A stretch of 64,000 nt of DNA, from assembly GCA_964647855.1 (NCBI GenBank), contig CAZYJW010000001.1, positions 357,200 through 421,199 of the forward strand. Direction: 5' to 3'. Of this stretch, positions 27,795 through 37,001 are shown one piece after another (position 1 is the stretch's first letter; each line of letters begins with the position of its first letter). The notes beneath the pieces were generated by a model. It did no database searches. It saw only the letters and a program-made list of their open reading frames with translations, and was not told the origin of the DNA. This DNA comes from Candidatus Micrarchaeota archaeon. GTDB lineage: Archaea; Micrarchaeota; Micrarchaeia; Anstonellales; Bilamarchaeaceae. The translations under genes were made by a program, and so were the position numbers.

Positions 27795-28958
27795 TCATGA
27801 AAGGAACGCCCTCAGCACTTCGATAAGCTCCAGATAGCTCTGCTTCGAGACCCATTCGCCCGACGAGTGCTCGCCGCCGCCGATCGGGCCGAACGAGGCC
27901 ACAGGGACGCCCTGCATGGCAATCAGGTTCTCGTCGGCAACGGACATCCCGTAGTTGTATTGCGCCTGCACCCCGAGCGTGCCCTGGATGCAGCCGGCAA
28001 GGCGCACGACCTCCGGGTTCTCCTGCGGCGTCGCATACGGCATCAGGTAAGGGACTTCGCGGGGCTTCATCCGGACGGTGGTTATGCGCCCGTCTGCCCC
28101 CTTCATCGCCCCCGCCTCGTGTAACGAGCGTACGATTCTTTCTATATCGGCCCCCGCGCTCTCCGCATCCTCCGGAGGGACGAGATGCCTGTCCACGAGC
28201 AGCCTCGCGGAATCCGGAAGCGACAGCGATTCGCTCTCCGAATGGAACGAGCGAACGAACATGTGCCCCCTTCCGAGCTGCGGATGCGCGGGCAGGCCTG
28301 CGTTCGCCTCATCCAGTCCTATGGCGAGCCGCGCGGCCTCCGTGACCGCCGAAACGCCGCGCTCCGCATGAGCCGCATGGAAGCTTTGCCCCGGGACCTC
28401 GAGCTCATACTGGGCCCTGCCCCTGCGGCCGAGCGTAATCGTGCGTGTGCTTTCGGAGATGTCGTTCACGTCTGAAATCTCGGTTGCGAGCGCGAAGCGC
28501 ACCCCTTCCAGGAACCCGCTTTTCACCGCCTCGTGGCATCCGCGCGAGTCCGCCTCCTCGTCGCTCACGAACATGATTTTCAGCGGCCTGCGGTTTTGCA
28601 CCTCCGAGACCGTCCGCAGGATTGCCGCCAGCCCCGCCTTCATGTCGTAGGCTCCAAGGCCATAGAGCCTGCCGTCCCTCTCCTCGAGAGAGAACGGGTC
28701 CCGTCCGGCCTCTTCGTACCCATACGGCGGCACGGTGTCCATATGCCCGTAAAGGAGCAGGGGCGCATCCCCCTCCCCCCTAGTAGCAAGAACGTTGAGC
28801 CTTTCTTGGCCTCCTGCACGGAACCCCTGCATCTCGACGGAGAAGCCCGCCCTTTCCAGTTCGCCCGCAAGGAAGTGCGCGAGCTCCGCCTCGCCCGGGA
28901 ACACGGAATCAACAGAGACAATCTTCCGGAGGAGTCGGACGGCATCGGTCATCAGCAT
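27795..28958 (-). CDS. M20 family metallopeptidase / deacylase (ArgE/DapE/LysK-like)
   Basis: LLLYGHMDTVPP, GAYDMKAG and FVSDEE motifs of the M20 zinc peptidase family. Start MLMTDAVRLL at ~28958. Confidence 0.7.
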   Translation of the reverse strand: MLMTDAVRLLRKIVSVDSVFPGEAELAHFLAGELERAGFSVEMQGFRAGGQERLNVLATRGEGDAPLLLYGHMDTVPPYGYEEAGRDPFSLEERDGRLYGLGAYDMKAGLAAILRTVSEVQNRRPLKIMFVSDEEADSRGCHEAVKSGFLEGVRFALATEISDVNDISESTRTITLGRRGRAQYELEVPGQSFHAAHAERGVSAVTEAARLAIGLDEANAGLPAHPQLGRGHMFVRSFHSESESLSLPDSARLLVDRHLVPPEDAESAGADIERIVRSLHEAGAMKGADGRITTVRMKPREVPYLMPYATPQENPEVVRLAGCIQGTLGVQAQYNYGMSVADENLIAMQGVPVASFGPIGGGEHSSGEWVSKQSYLELIEVLRAFLS

Positions 28959-29950
28959 CCCGTCCCGGTGCGCCCGGGCACATGCGCCCAGACGTTGAGG
29001 TTCTCGAGCCTGCCCTGTTCCCCGAAATCCCTGTCGCTCACAATGACGCAGTGCTGGAGCAGCGTGCCGCAGTAGTCCATGCCCGCCCTCTGCGACGAGC
29101 GGTTCACTGCGGTCCAAGCAGCCCTGTCCTCCGCGTATATTATCGCGCCCTCCCCGTAGGCATCCCTTATCGCGCGTATCGCCTCCATCTGCATGAGCGT
29201 GATCAGCCCCATGCCGCGGTGCGCCCTGAAAGTCGCGAAATCGCTCAGCTCGAAAAGGTGGACCGTGCGCCCGCCCTCCATATCAAGGGCGACATGCTCG
29301 GCAACGAGCGAGGAGACCACGCCGGACCCGGAATCCCTGCCGACAATCACTATGTTACCGTTGCTGAGCATGTCACGGATGGTCTGGGGGCTGAGCTGGA
29401 AGGTGTACTCCTGGTACGCCTCGGCGTAAAGCTCCACGAGGCGCGGGATTTCGCCCATCCCGTTCCCGTTCAGGCGGGAAAGGGAATATCCGTTCGATTC
29501 GATTCGCCTCATGGCTTCGAGGAGGCCGGTCCTGGGGAGGGCGCTCATCCGGGCGACGCTTTCAAGCTCGCTTCCGAGCACTTCGGCGGGCGGCATCCGC
29601 GATTCGGCGTTCCTTCCGAAATAGACGAGGTCGTGGCCCGGGACCGCGTTCGAGGCGTCGAAACTGGCCTCGACCGGATAGGGCGACTCGGCGCGCAGGC
29701 CCTCGACGAGCCCGCTTCGGACGAACGCCCTGATTGTGGTCCTTGTCGCCTGCGGGAATCCGGACTCCACCGATTGCACGGCTGAAAAGGCCCCTCTCGC
29801 CTCCTCGAACGAGCCCACGGTTCCGTTGAAGAACCCCTTCACCCTGTTGTTGTGCCGGTCGTACCTGGGCGGCCAGGATGCGCCCACCGAGCCCGCTTTT
29901 TCATGCGATGATTGAAGCAATGCCATGCTATCCCTGCGATATGGCGGCAT
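28952..29950 (-). CDS. Two-domain protein with C-terminal GNAT (acyl-CoA N-acyltransferase) fold
   Basis: C-terminal VHLFELSDFATFRAHRGMGLITLMQ matches GNAT acetyl-CoA motif A (R/Q-x-x-G-x-G/A). ~170-aa N-terminal domain unknown. Start MPPYRRDS; an AT-rich promoter lies upstream at 29951-30110. Confidence 0.55.
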   Translation of the reverse strand: MPPYRRDSMALLQSSHEKAGSVGASWPPRYDRHNNRVKGFFNGTVGSFEEARGAFSAVQSVESGFPQATRTTIRAFVRSGLVEGLRAESPYPVEASFDASNAVPGHDLVYFGRNAESRMPPAEVLGSELESVARMSALPRTGLLEAMRRIESNGYSLSRLNGNGMGEIPRLVELYAEAYQEYTFQLSPQTIRDMLSNGNIVIVGRDSGSGVVSSLVAEHVALDMEGGRTVHLFELSDFATFRAHRGMGLITLMQMEAIRAIRDAYGEGAIIYAEDRAAWTAVNRSSQRAGMDYCGTLLQHCVIVSDRDFGEQGRLENLNVWAHVPGRTGTGC

Positions 29951-30110
29951 CTGCGCCGCTCGATATCCATTTACGTGTTCCGAACAATATTTAAATATAT
30001 CGTAAAATTTTTGCGAACAACGCACAAAACATAGCAACTTTTTTCGTATATCGTAATCAAATTCTGCCAACGCGCCGAATCTTTATTATCCTTGTGCAAG
30101 TTAAGCGTTC

Positions 30111-30521
30111 ATGAAACTCGACGCCCTCGATGAACGCATAATCGAGATGCTGAAAATCGACGCCCGCTCGAGCAACGTGGCGATGGCAAGGGGCCTCGGA
30201 ATCACCGAGGGAGCGGTGCGCTGGCGCATCAGGAGGATGGTCGAAAACGGCACAATCCGCCGATTCACCGTGGACGTCTCCAAAGACGCCACGACATTCG
30301 CGGTGCTGATGCTGAAGGCGAAGGGCGAGACGAAGCGGATGATGGCCGCCGTCGCCGCCCTGCGACTTCACCGCGACGCCTACGAGATTTCCGGGGAATA
30401 CGACGGATGCGTCATTCTGGAGGGGCCCTCGGTCGAGGAGATAGACCGGAAGATAGACGCGATAAGGAAATGCCCCGAGGTGGCCGACACGAGGACGTTC
30501 GTCTCGTTCGGCAGGTACTAA
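30111..30521 (+). CDS. Lrp/AsnC family transcriptional regulator
   Basis: MKLDALDERIIEMLKIDARSSNVAMARGLGITEGAVRWRIRRM (HTH_AsnC) plus RAM domain. Confidence 0.8.
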   Translation: MKLDALDERIIEMLKIDARSSNVAMARGLGITEGAVRWRIRRMVENGTIRRFTVDVSKDATTFAVLMLKAKGETKRMMAAVAALRLHRDAYEISGEYDGCVILEGPSVEEIDRKIDAIRKCPEVADTRTFVSFGRY

Positions 30522-30541
30522 GGCCCCCGCAACCCCGGCCC

Positions 30542-32110
30542 CTACTGCATGCTTCCGAGGAGCATCTTCCTCATCTCTATGGGCTCGAGGTCCCTGAGCG
30601 CCTTGAGCGCGAATTCGAGCTTCGCCTCGCTTTCCGAGAAGATGGTGAAGAGCTTGTCGCCCCTCTCGACGCGGTCGCCCCTGAGCCTGTGTATGAGGAC
30701 CCCGGCTCCCTTGTCCCTTGGCGCACCGGATATGCGTGCCAGCTTGGACATCACCTTGTTGTCGATGTGGAATATGCTTCCCGACACATCGGATGTCACG
30801 GTATGGGTGTATTCCCCGATTTCGATGTCCGCGGTCTTCACGTTCGGGTTCCCGCCCTGGAGTTCTATTATCTCCCTGAACTTGCCAAGGGCCTTTCCGG
30901 TGTCTATCAGCCCTTCGGAGACCGCGTATCCCCTGCCAGGCTCCACCCTGCCGCATAGTTCCAGGAGCTTGCCCGCAATGAGCAGGCTCTTGTGGCGCAG
31001 GTCGTCCGGCCCCCGCCCCGAGAGCACCTCGAGCACGTCTATGCATTCGAGGCCCGGCCCGACTCCATTGCCCACGGGTTCGGCGCCGTCCGTAATGAGC
31101 GCCTCTATCTTCATGCCGAGCTTCTCGCCCACGCGCAGGAAGTGCCTCGCAAGCTCGTTGCCCCTCTCCACGTAGGGCACCTTCACGCCCCGCCCGACCG
31201 GGATGTCGATGAGGACGTATTCAGCGCCCACGCTCTTCTTCTTGCCGAGGATGCTCGCAAGCAGCATGCCCTCCGGGTCGAGGCTGAGGGGGTGCCGTAT
31301 CCTGATGAGCTTGTCGTCCACCGGCGCGAGCCTCATGCCCCCGCCCCACACTATTGCTCCCTTGGCCTTGAGGACCACCGAGCGCATCTCGTCCATGTTG
31401 AACGTGACGTCGGCAAGGACCTCCATCGTATCTGCGGTGCCGGATGCCGAGGTGATGGAGCGCGATGACGTCTTGGGTATGTAGACGCCTGCCGCGGCTA
31501 TGAGCGGCACGAGGACCATGGTCGTCCTGTTCCCGGCGACTCCGCCGATGCAGTGCTTGTCGAGTATCGGCTTCTTGCCGAGGTTGAGCTGCTCGCCCGA
31601 CTCCACAGTCGCCTTGGCGAGCGCTATGACCTCCTCGTCTGTGAATCCGTTGATGTATGCGGCCGTTATCCAGGCGGACGTCTCAATCTCGCTGAGCCGA
31701 TCCTGCATTATCTCGCGCACTATGGTGTTTATCTCCGCCTCGTTGAGCGCGGCCTTGTCGAGCTTCTTCTTGATGTAGCCGATGGAGAGGGGCCTGTCCA
31801 TGTGGACTATCTCGACCGTCTCGTTCTTCTTCAGCCTGTGCGCCGTCGCGATGTCCCTGAATACGCCGATTTCGCCGGGCTCGACTATGCCCTCGCTGAC
31901 ATCCACAATCGCGATGATGCTTTTCCCGCCGTGGCGTATCTCGGTCCGGTAGCCCGAGTAGATGTCGTGCTCCTGCGCCTCGCCCTTGTTGAGCACTATG
32001 ATGTTCTTTCCGGTGAAGATGTCTATGGGCTTGACCTTGCAGACATATTTCTTCAGCCTCCAGACATCGACCTTTTCCGCCTTTGCTTCCGTCTCTACGT
32101 ATTCAACCAT
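30542..32110 (-). CDS. deoA: AMP phosphorylase (thymidine-phosphorylase family, archaeal DeoA type)
   Basis: ~520 aa with the extra N-terminal domain of archaeal AMPpases, and glycosyltransferase family 3 motifs (GGVAGNRTTMVLVPLIAAAG, SGTADTME). Confidence 0.8.
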   Translation of the reverse strand: MVEYVETEAKAEKVDVWRLKKYVCKVKPIDIFTGKNIIVLNKGEAQEHDIYSGYRTEIRHGGKSIIAIVDVSEGIVEPGEIGVFRDIATAHRLKKNETVEIVHMDRPLSIGYIKKKLDKAALNEAEINTIVREIMQDRLSEIETSAWITAAYINGFTDEEVIALAKATVESGEQLNLGKKPILDKHCIGGVAGNRTTMVLVPLIAAAGVYIPKTSSRSITSASGTADTMEVLADVTFNMDEMRSVVLKAKGAIVWGGGMRLAPVDDKLIRIRHPLSLDPEGMLLASILGKKKSVGAEYVLIDIPVGRGVKVPYVERGNELARHFLRVGEKLGMKIEALITDGAEPVGNGVGPGLECIDVLEVLSGRGPDDLRHKSLLIAGKLLELCGRVEPGRGYAVSEGLIDTGKALGKFREIIELQGGNPNVKTADIEIGEYTHTVTSDVSGSIFHIDNKVMSKLARISGAPRDKGAGVLIHRLRGDRVERGDKLFTIFSESEAKLEFALKALRDLEPIEMRKMLLGSMQ

Positions 32111-32123
32111 TGCATGACCCCTT

Positions 32124-33068
32124 CTACTCGTATAGCCTTATTCCCAGCTTGCCTGTCGCGAGCGTGAAGAAAGACTGGGGCGGGATTACTCCCTCCTCCG
32201 TGATGTATCCGCTGACATATTTCGCCGCCGTGGCCTCGAAGGCAGGATTCCTCACCTTCACCCTCCGGGGCGGCCTCTCCCAGACCTCCTTCGGGTCCCG
32301 CTCCTCTATCTTCTCCCTGTCCCCGTAAATCGTCATGGGGCTGTACTTGTAGAGCTCGGCCGCGCTGTAGAACGAAACATCGTTCATCCGCGCGATGTGG
32401 GCGAGGGCGGAGGTGCCTATCTTGTTTATCAGGTCCCCGCGCGATGTCACCGAATCCGCGCCCACCATCACGATGTCCGCCTTCTTCATGAACAGGTTCA
32501 TGGCGCCGTCCACCGCTATCGTGACGTCGATGCCCGCCTTGGCGAGCTCCTCCGCGGTCTTCCTTCCCTGCCAGCGCGGCCGGGTCTCGAAGCAGACTAC
32601 GGAGAATTTTTTGCGCATCCTTTTCGCGGCCATCATGCAGCTCGTGGATGTTGAGGAATGGCAATGGGTCAAAACAAGCGCACCGTCCGGGATGAGCTTC
32701 GCCCCGTACTCCGCCAGCCTCTTCGCGCCCGCATCCACCCTCGCGAGGGCGTCCTTCTCGTGCGCGATGAAGCCCTTCCTCAGCTCCCCCGCGCTTGCCC
32801 CGCCCTTGGCGCTCTCGGCCGCGAAGCGGACCGCGCCGTCGAGAAGGTTCCTCATCATGGGCTCCGTCGGGCGGCTCTGGGCCAGCGCATCCGCGGCCTC
32901 CGCAAGCTCCCTCCGCAGCGAAGAGGCTGAATCCGCCTTCGAGTCCTTCGCGCAAATGATAAGCGCGCCGACCGCGGAGCGGGCGACGTTCCGTGCGCCC
33001 TGGATTTTCAGAGATTTTATGTCCCTCACGGTCGCCTTGACGCACCTGTGCATGAGTGGGATACACAT
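32124..33068 (-). CDS. Ribose-1,5-bisphosphate isomerase (e2b2 / eIF-2B-like family)
   Basis: eIF-2B alpha/beta/delta-like fold (ALVLTHCHSS...VVCFETRP...GADSV). Adjacent to AMP phosphorylase, the canonical archaeal pentose-bisphosphate pathway pair. Confidence 0.75.
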   Translation of the reverse strand: MCIPLMHRCVKATVRDIKSLKIQGARNVARSAVGALIICAKDSKADSASSLRRELAEAADALAQSRPTEPMMRNLLDGAVRFAAESAKGGASAGELRKGFIAHEKDALARVDAGAKRLAEYGAKLIPDGALVLTHCHSSTSTSCMMAAKRMRKKFSVVCFETRPRWQGRKTAEELAKAGIDVTIAVDGAMNLFMKKADIVMVGADSVTSRGDLINKIGTSALAHIARMNDVSFYSAAELYKYSPMTIYGDREKIEERDPKEVWERPPRRVKVRNPAFEATAAKYVSGYITEEGVIPPQSFFTLATGKLGIRLYE

Positions 33069-33169
33069 AGGCTACAAATAAATAGATTTCACCGCCACCC
33101 TGCTGCCCCATCCCCGTCATCCTTTCGTAAATGTTATTATTTATAAACATTTGTGAGGAATACTCCCTC

Positions 33170-34399
33170 ATGAAACTCAGACACTACCTGGTTCCGGCCG
33201 CCATCAGTGCCCTAATTACCTATAACGCGGTCCGCCATTTCTCTCCAGAAGGCCGTTTCACACGCGAAGCGGAGCGGCTTCGTATGAAATGCGAGGACAT
33301 ACGGCGCCATGGCATAATTGGCAATGAGTTCAGGAAATGGCCAGAGGCGGTTTCGGAGGCGATTCCGTCAGTTACCCTTGTGCCAAGCCAGATTTCGGAC
33401 AATTTTATCGCGCATATCCAGGATCCGGCCCTGCGGGAGCGGCTTCGAAAGCAGAGGTCCCTTGGAGGGGAGATAGGGTTCGATGAGGGCGGAAAGGTCG
33501 TTCATTTTCATATATCATACGATTTACCGCACTGGCGGGAAAGCGTGCACCATGAGGTCGCACACCTGCTATGGGAGCGGATGGACGAACAGGACCGCAA
33601 GCGGATATCCGTTATCCTCAAGGAAGTCGTCCCTGCCAAGACCACCGAGCTCGTTTTCGAAGGATATCTGGCCGAAAGCTACCGCCGGTTCATTTCGCAA
33701 TCGTTCGAGCAGCAGAGGCGCCTGCAGGGGGAGGTCGAAAAGGCAGGTGAAACAATCCACCAAAGTGTCAAGCGCCTGGAAAAAACCGTAGACCTGAGCG
33801 TCGAACGCCTGGAGGCTGCAATGTCACGGGTACGGCGCGCCCGCTTGGTGCACGGCAGCCTGCGGCAGATAAAAAATGCCTCCGACGAGCTGGCAGAAGC
33901 GCAAGCGCGCATCGGGGCAGTAACCGCGGATATCAGGATGTCGCGGCGGTGCATCGCGCTCATTGCCAAGGCGCAACGTCTGCTGAAAGAAAGCCTGGAT
34001 TCGGCCGGGGAGCTCCTTCAGAGCGAGGAGCAGCAAGGCCGTGCGGAAACATTCAAGGAATGCCTGGATAAGGTTGTGTCAGGCTTTGGGGAAATAATCG
34101 ACGTCATAACCAGGGTGAGGGAATCGATGCAATCGCTCGGCCTTCGCAATTCTTCGCAGCGCCTCTCGGTTGCCGGGCTGGAGTCTCTCCGTTCAGGAAT
34201 CAAGGACATCTATTTCAACGAGATGTTCGCCCGCGCGATAGAGCTTGTCGCAGCCAACCCGAAAAACCCTTCGCTGGCGCCGCTGTGCGCGGCCCTTGCC
34301 TCAGTCGAGATAGGCGGCGAAAAGGTTTTTGCGGGCCTTCTGGGCAATAATGGCTTCGTTCCTCCCAAGAAGATCCCGCCATCGACTTGCTTCCCCTGA
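33170..34399 (+). CDS. Hypothetical protein with HExxH motif and long coiled-coil region
   Basis: Start MKLRHYLVPAAIS; SVHHEVAHLLWE (HExxH) at ~residue 125, then ~280 aa of predicted coiled coil. Confidence 0.45.
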   Translation: MKLRHYLVPAAISALITYNAVRHFSPEGRFTREAERLRMKCEDIRRHGIIGNEFRKWPEAVSEAIPSVTLVPSQISDNFIAHIQDPALRERLRKQRSLGGEIGFDEGGKVVHFHISYDLPHWRESVHHEVAHLLWERMDEQDRKRISVILKEVVPAKTTELVFEGYLAESYRRFISQSFEQQRRLQGEVEKAGETIHQSVKRLEKTVDLSVERLEAAMSRVRRARLVHGSLRQIKNASDELAEAQARIGAVTADIRMSRRCIALIAKAQRLLKESLDSAGELLQSEEQQGRAETFKECLDKVVSGFGEIIDVITRVRESMQSLGLRNSSQRLSVAGLESLRSGIKDIYFNEMFARAIELVAANPKNPSLAPLCAALASVEIGGEKVFAGLLGNNGFVPPKKIPPSTCFP

Positions 34400-34503
34400 A
34401 GTAAAAGGCCGCATGAGAACAGTGGAAATAGAAAAAAAGAATGAAAAAAGACGAAAGCCGAAAATCCGGCGGCTCGCTGCCGCCGTCTTTCCGGCAGGGG
34501 CGT
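34400..34503 (-). terminator. Putative terminator downstream of rpl12 (hairpin plus T-rich tract)
   Basis: On the mRNA strand: GGCGGCAGCGAGCCGCCGG hairpin followed by ATTTTCGGCTTTCGTCTTTTTTCATTCTTTTTTTCTATTT. Confidence 0.4.
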
Positions 34504-34830
34504 TCAGCCGAAGAGGCTCGCGAGGCCTTCAGCAGCCTGCTCCTCCTTCTTGCCCTCGTCCTCCTTCTTCTCCTCTTTCTTCGCCTCGCCGCCGGAAGCC
34601 GCCGGCGCAGCCGCGGCCGGAGCCGCAGCCACCATCATCGACTGCTTCAGGAGGTCCTCGAAGTTCACGCCCTTCACGGCGTCCGCAAGCACCTGCGCCC
34701 TGGCCTCGTCGGCCGTTGCGCCGCTCGCCTTCACGACCGCGACTATGGCGTCCTTGCTCACTTCCTTTCCTGCGCCGTGCAGCACGAGCACGGCATGCAA
34801 ATACGGGTCAACCTTCGTCATAACATACAC
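34504..34830 (-). CDS. rpl12: 50S ribosomal stalk protein L12 (P1)
   Basis: N-terminal dimerisation domain (LHAVLVLHGAGKEVSKD), an Ala/Pro hinge and an acidic E/K tail ending GLASLFG. Confidence 0.8.
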   Translation of the reverse strand: MYVMTKVDPYLHAVLVLHGAGKEVSKDAIVAVVKASGATADEARAQVLADAVKGVNFEDLLKQSMMVAAAPAAAAPAASGGEAKKEEKKEDEGKKEEQAAEGLASLFG

Positions 34831-34838
34831 CTCTTAAT

Positions 34839-35696
34839 CTACCCAAGCTTTCCAAGAGCCGTCCCCTGCCGCATGGCAGAGGTGAGAAGCTGCTCTATGG
34901 CGCTTGATGAGTACAAGCTCCCGTTGAGGGAGACGTTCATGGCCTGCCTGAACGCGTCGCCGAGCAGCACCTCTATGTTCTGCTGCGTCGGGTATCCGGC
35001 ATTGAGGGAAAGGTTCATGGCCTGCCCCAGGCTCATTGCGAGGTCCGCGTTCACGGTCTCGCCCGAGTCCAGGAGCTCCTTGGAGTAGATGTACTGGCCG
35101 TCGAAGCCGAAAATCATGTTCGCCATTATCTCGAACGGCATCACGCCCAGGCTCTGGAGGGCCTTCACCTTCTGCACGGTGAGCTTTTCGCCGGCCTTCG
35201 CCACGGTGCTCTCCTTGGACACGACAATCTTCCCGGCCTTTATCTGGACGTTCACGCCGCCTGCCTTGAGCTCGGAGAGCGCGGGGCCCGGAGGCAGGTC
35301 GGTGTCGCCTTCGGGGACCACGATGTCCGCGATTGCGACGTCGCCCATCTTGGCGGCCCTCTTCTTCCGGTGCCCCCTGAAGAACATGTTGAGCTCGAAT
35401 GGCGACTGGTCCGTAAGGATGAGCGCCATGGGCTTGTCGCACTCCGACACGCGCTCCGCGAGCTTCGGGTTCGACTCCAGCACCCTGCTGAGCACCGGCT
35501 TCTTGAGCACGAGCACCGCGCCCTTGCCCTCACGTATCCTTTTGCGGAGCGACTGGAAGAGCGCATCCGGCAGCTTGCGCAAATCGAGCAGCGCCACCGT
35601 CTTGTAGCCCTTCATCTGCGCGATGACCGACTTGACCTGCTCGGCCTTCCTCCTGACTTCCTTCTTGTTAGCGTCTGTCTTGTACACGGCATCCAC
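34839..35696 (-). CDS. rpl10: 50S ribosomal protein L10 (acidic ribosomal protein P0)
   Basis: 285 aa; N-terminal rRNA-binding domain and the C-terminal repeated P1-binding helices of archaeal P0. Confidence 0.85.
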   Translation of the reverse strand: MDAVYKTDANKKEVRRKAEQVKSVIAQMKGYKTVALLDLRKLPDALFQSLRKRIREGKGAVLVLKKPVLSRVLESNPKLAERVSECDKPMALILTDQSPFELNMFFRGHRKKRAAKMGDVAIADIVVPEGDTDLPPGPALSELKAGGVNVQIKAGKIVVSKESTVAKAGEKLTVQKVKALQSLGVMPFEIMANMIFGFDGQYIYSKELLDSGETVNADLAMSLGQAMNLSLNAGYPTQQNIEVLLGDAFRQAMNVSLNGSLYSSSAIEQLLTSAMRQGTALGKLG

Positions 35697-35697
35697 C

Positions 35698-36336
35698 TCA
35701 AACGACCTTGATCGGCCTGCCCATCGTGAGCTTCACGAACACGGACTTGATGTTGCCCTCGTTGACCTTTCCCTTCACGGCGTCGTATACCGCCTCGGCG
35801 TTCTCCACGAGGTCGTCGGCCTCCATCATCTCGGTGCCGATAAGCGCCTGGACCGTGGGGAGGTACTTGCCCTTCGACACGACCCTGACGCTCCGCTTCG
35901 AGCGGTCGAGGAGCTCCTTCAAGTTCCCGACTATGGGTTTGGGGAGCTTGCCCCGCTTGCCGAGCGTCTGGCCCAGCGACTTCGCGACGTTCCCCATCAT
36001 GTTGGGCTGCGCGAGCAGGAAATAGTTCTTCGCGAGGTCCTTGACCTTGGCGGGCTCCGCCCAGGACGGGATTTCGGCCGGCTGTATGACCAGGTCGGCA
36101 CCGGCCCTGCGCGCCTCGTCGGCGGCGCTTCCCTCCGCGAACACCGCGGATTTCAGCTCTTTTCCGCCCTTGCCGCGCGGGAGCGTGATGTCGAGGTTCA
36201 GCCTGTTCTCGCTTTTCGCGAAATCGATGCCCCTCATGTTGATGATTATCTCCATGCTCTGCTTGAACTTCTTCTTTCCCTTGTCTTCCATGGCCTTCTT
36301 GATGGCCTCTGACATGTGCTTCCTGTCCATAAACAA
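35698..36336 (-). CDS. rpl1: 50S ribosomal protein L1
   Basis: 212 aa with the L1 two-domain fold (FDETVEL-like SMEIIINMRGID...GKGGK). Confidence 0.85.
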   Translation of the reverse strand: MFMDRKHMSEAIKKAMEDKGKKKFKQSMEIIINMRGIDFAKSENRLNLDITLPRGKGGKELKSAVFAEGSAADEARRAGADLVIQPAEIPSWAEPAKVKDLAKNYFLLAQPNMMGNVAKSLGQTLGKRGKLPKPIVGNLKELLDRSKRSVRVVSKGKYLPTVQALIGTEMMEADDLVENAEAVYDAVKGKVNEGNIKSVFVKLTMGRPIKVV

Positions 36337-36415
36337 GCCCTCCTACTCCGGGTGTTCCCGGCGAGTAGTCGTTGCGGGTGATTTTCATTTGGGGCAAAAC
36401 GTTTATAAAATATGT
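36337..36415 (-). promoter_or_regulatory. rpl1 promoter and leader with stem-loop (possible L1 autoregulatory site)
   Basis: mRNA sense: TTTATAAACG (TATA) ...CTACTC-G-CCGGG-AACA-CCCGG-AGTAG hairpin with a one-nucleotide bulge, immediately before GGAGGG and the ATG. Confidence 0.35.
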
Positions 36416-36910
36416 TCAGAGGCCGCTGTACGCGGGGGGCGAGATTTCGGCGGAGAGCTCGACGCAGCCGAGCTTCCCCACGCCCCCGTGGAATGAGGCA
36501 ATCCTCTTGAGGGTCAGCCTGAAAAGCCTGCCGTCCATCAGGGTGCCGCACCAGACCTTCGCGCTCTCGTTCTCGGAGAGGAAAATCTCGCCCTCGTACC
36601 TGCCGTTGTTGAATGCGGAGGCCACGAGGTCCCCGCCATCCTCCCGAAGGAATGTCAGCGAGAAGACCGCCCTCCCCGCCCTGGCCACGATGCTCTCGCC
36701 CTTGCGCACGGTCCGGAATATGTCGTGGCTCTGCCCGCATTCGAGGTCCATCTCTGCGATGACCCTCTCGGGCCTGCATCCGGCGGAGGAGAAGATGGCC
36801 TCAACCTGCCCCTGGAGATTCTGCCTTTCGATGGGCCTTGGCTGGTGGCCGTGGACCCTGGCATACGCGGCATTGAAATCCACGATGCGCCTGGGCCCGT
36901 TGCCTGTCAT
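36416..36910 (-). CDS. Hypothetical protein (occupies the position where rpl11 is usually found)
   Basis: 164 aa, soluble; no L11, Spt5/KOW or other known motif recognised. Confidence 0.4.
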   Translation of the reverse strand: MTGNGPRRIVDFNAAYARVHGHQPRPIERQNLQGQVEAIFSSAGCRPERVIAEMDLECGQSHDIFRTVRKGESIVARAGRAVFSLTFLREDGGDLVASAFNNGRYEGEIFLSENESAKVWCGTLMDGRLFRLTLKRIASFHGGVGKLGCVELSAEISPPAYSGL

Positions 36911-37001
36911 ACGCAGTAAACATTGCCGGTCACATTTTATATACCTTTTTATCCACCTATATCAACTATCAAAAAGTCCATAATGGACCGGGGGTGGACG
37001 A

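Noticed and set aside
36246-36983. ORFs 36246..36779(-) and 36372..36983(+) overlapping the 36416..36910 gene.
   Set aside because: Arg-rich or Ser/Pro-rich shadow frames. The 164-aa minus-strand frame has the more protein-like composition and a sensible gap to rpl1.
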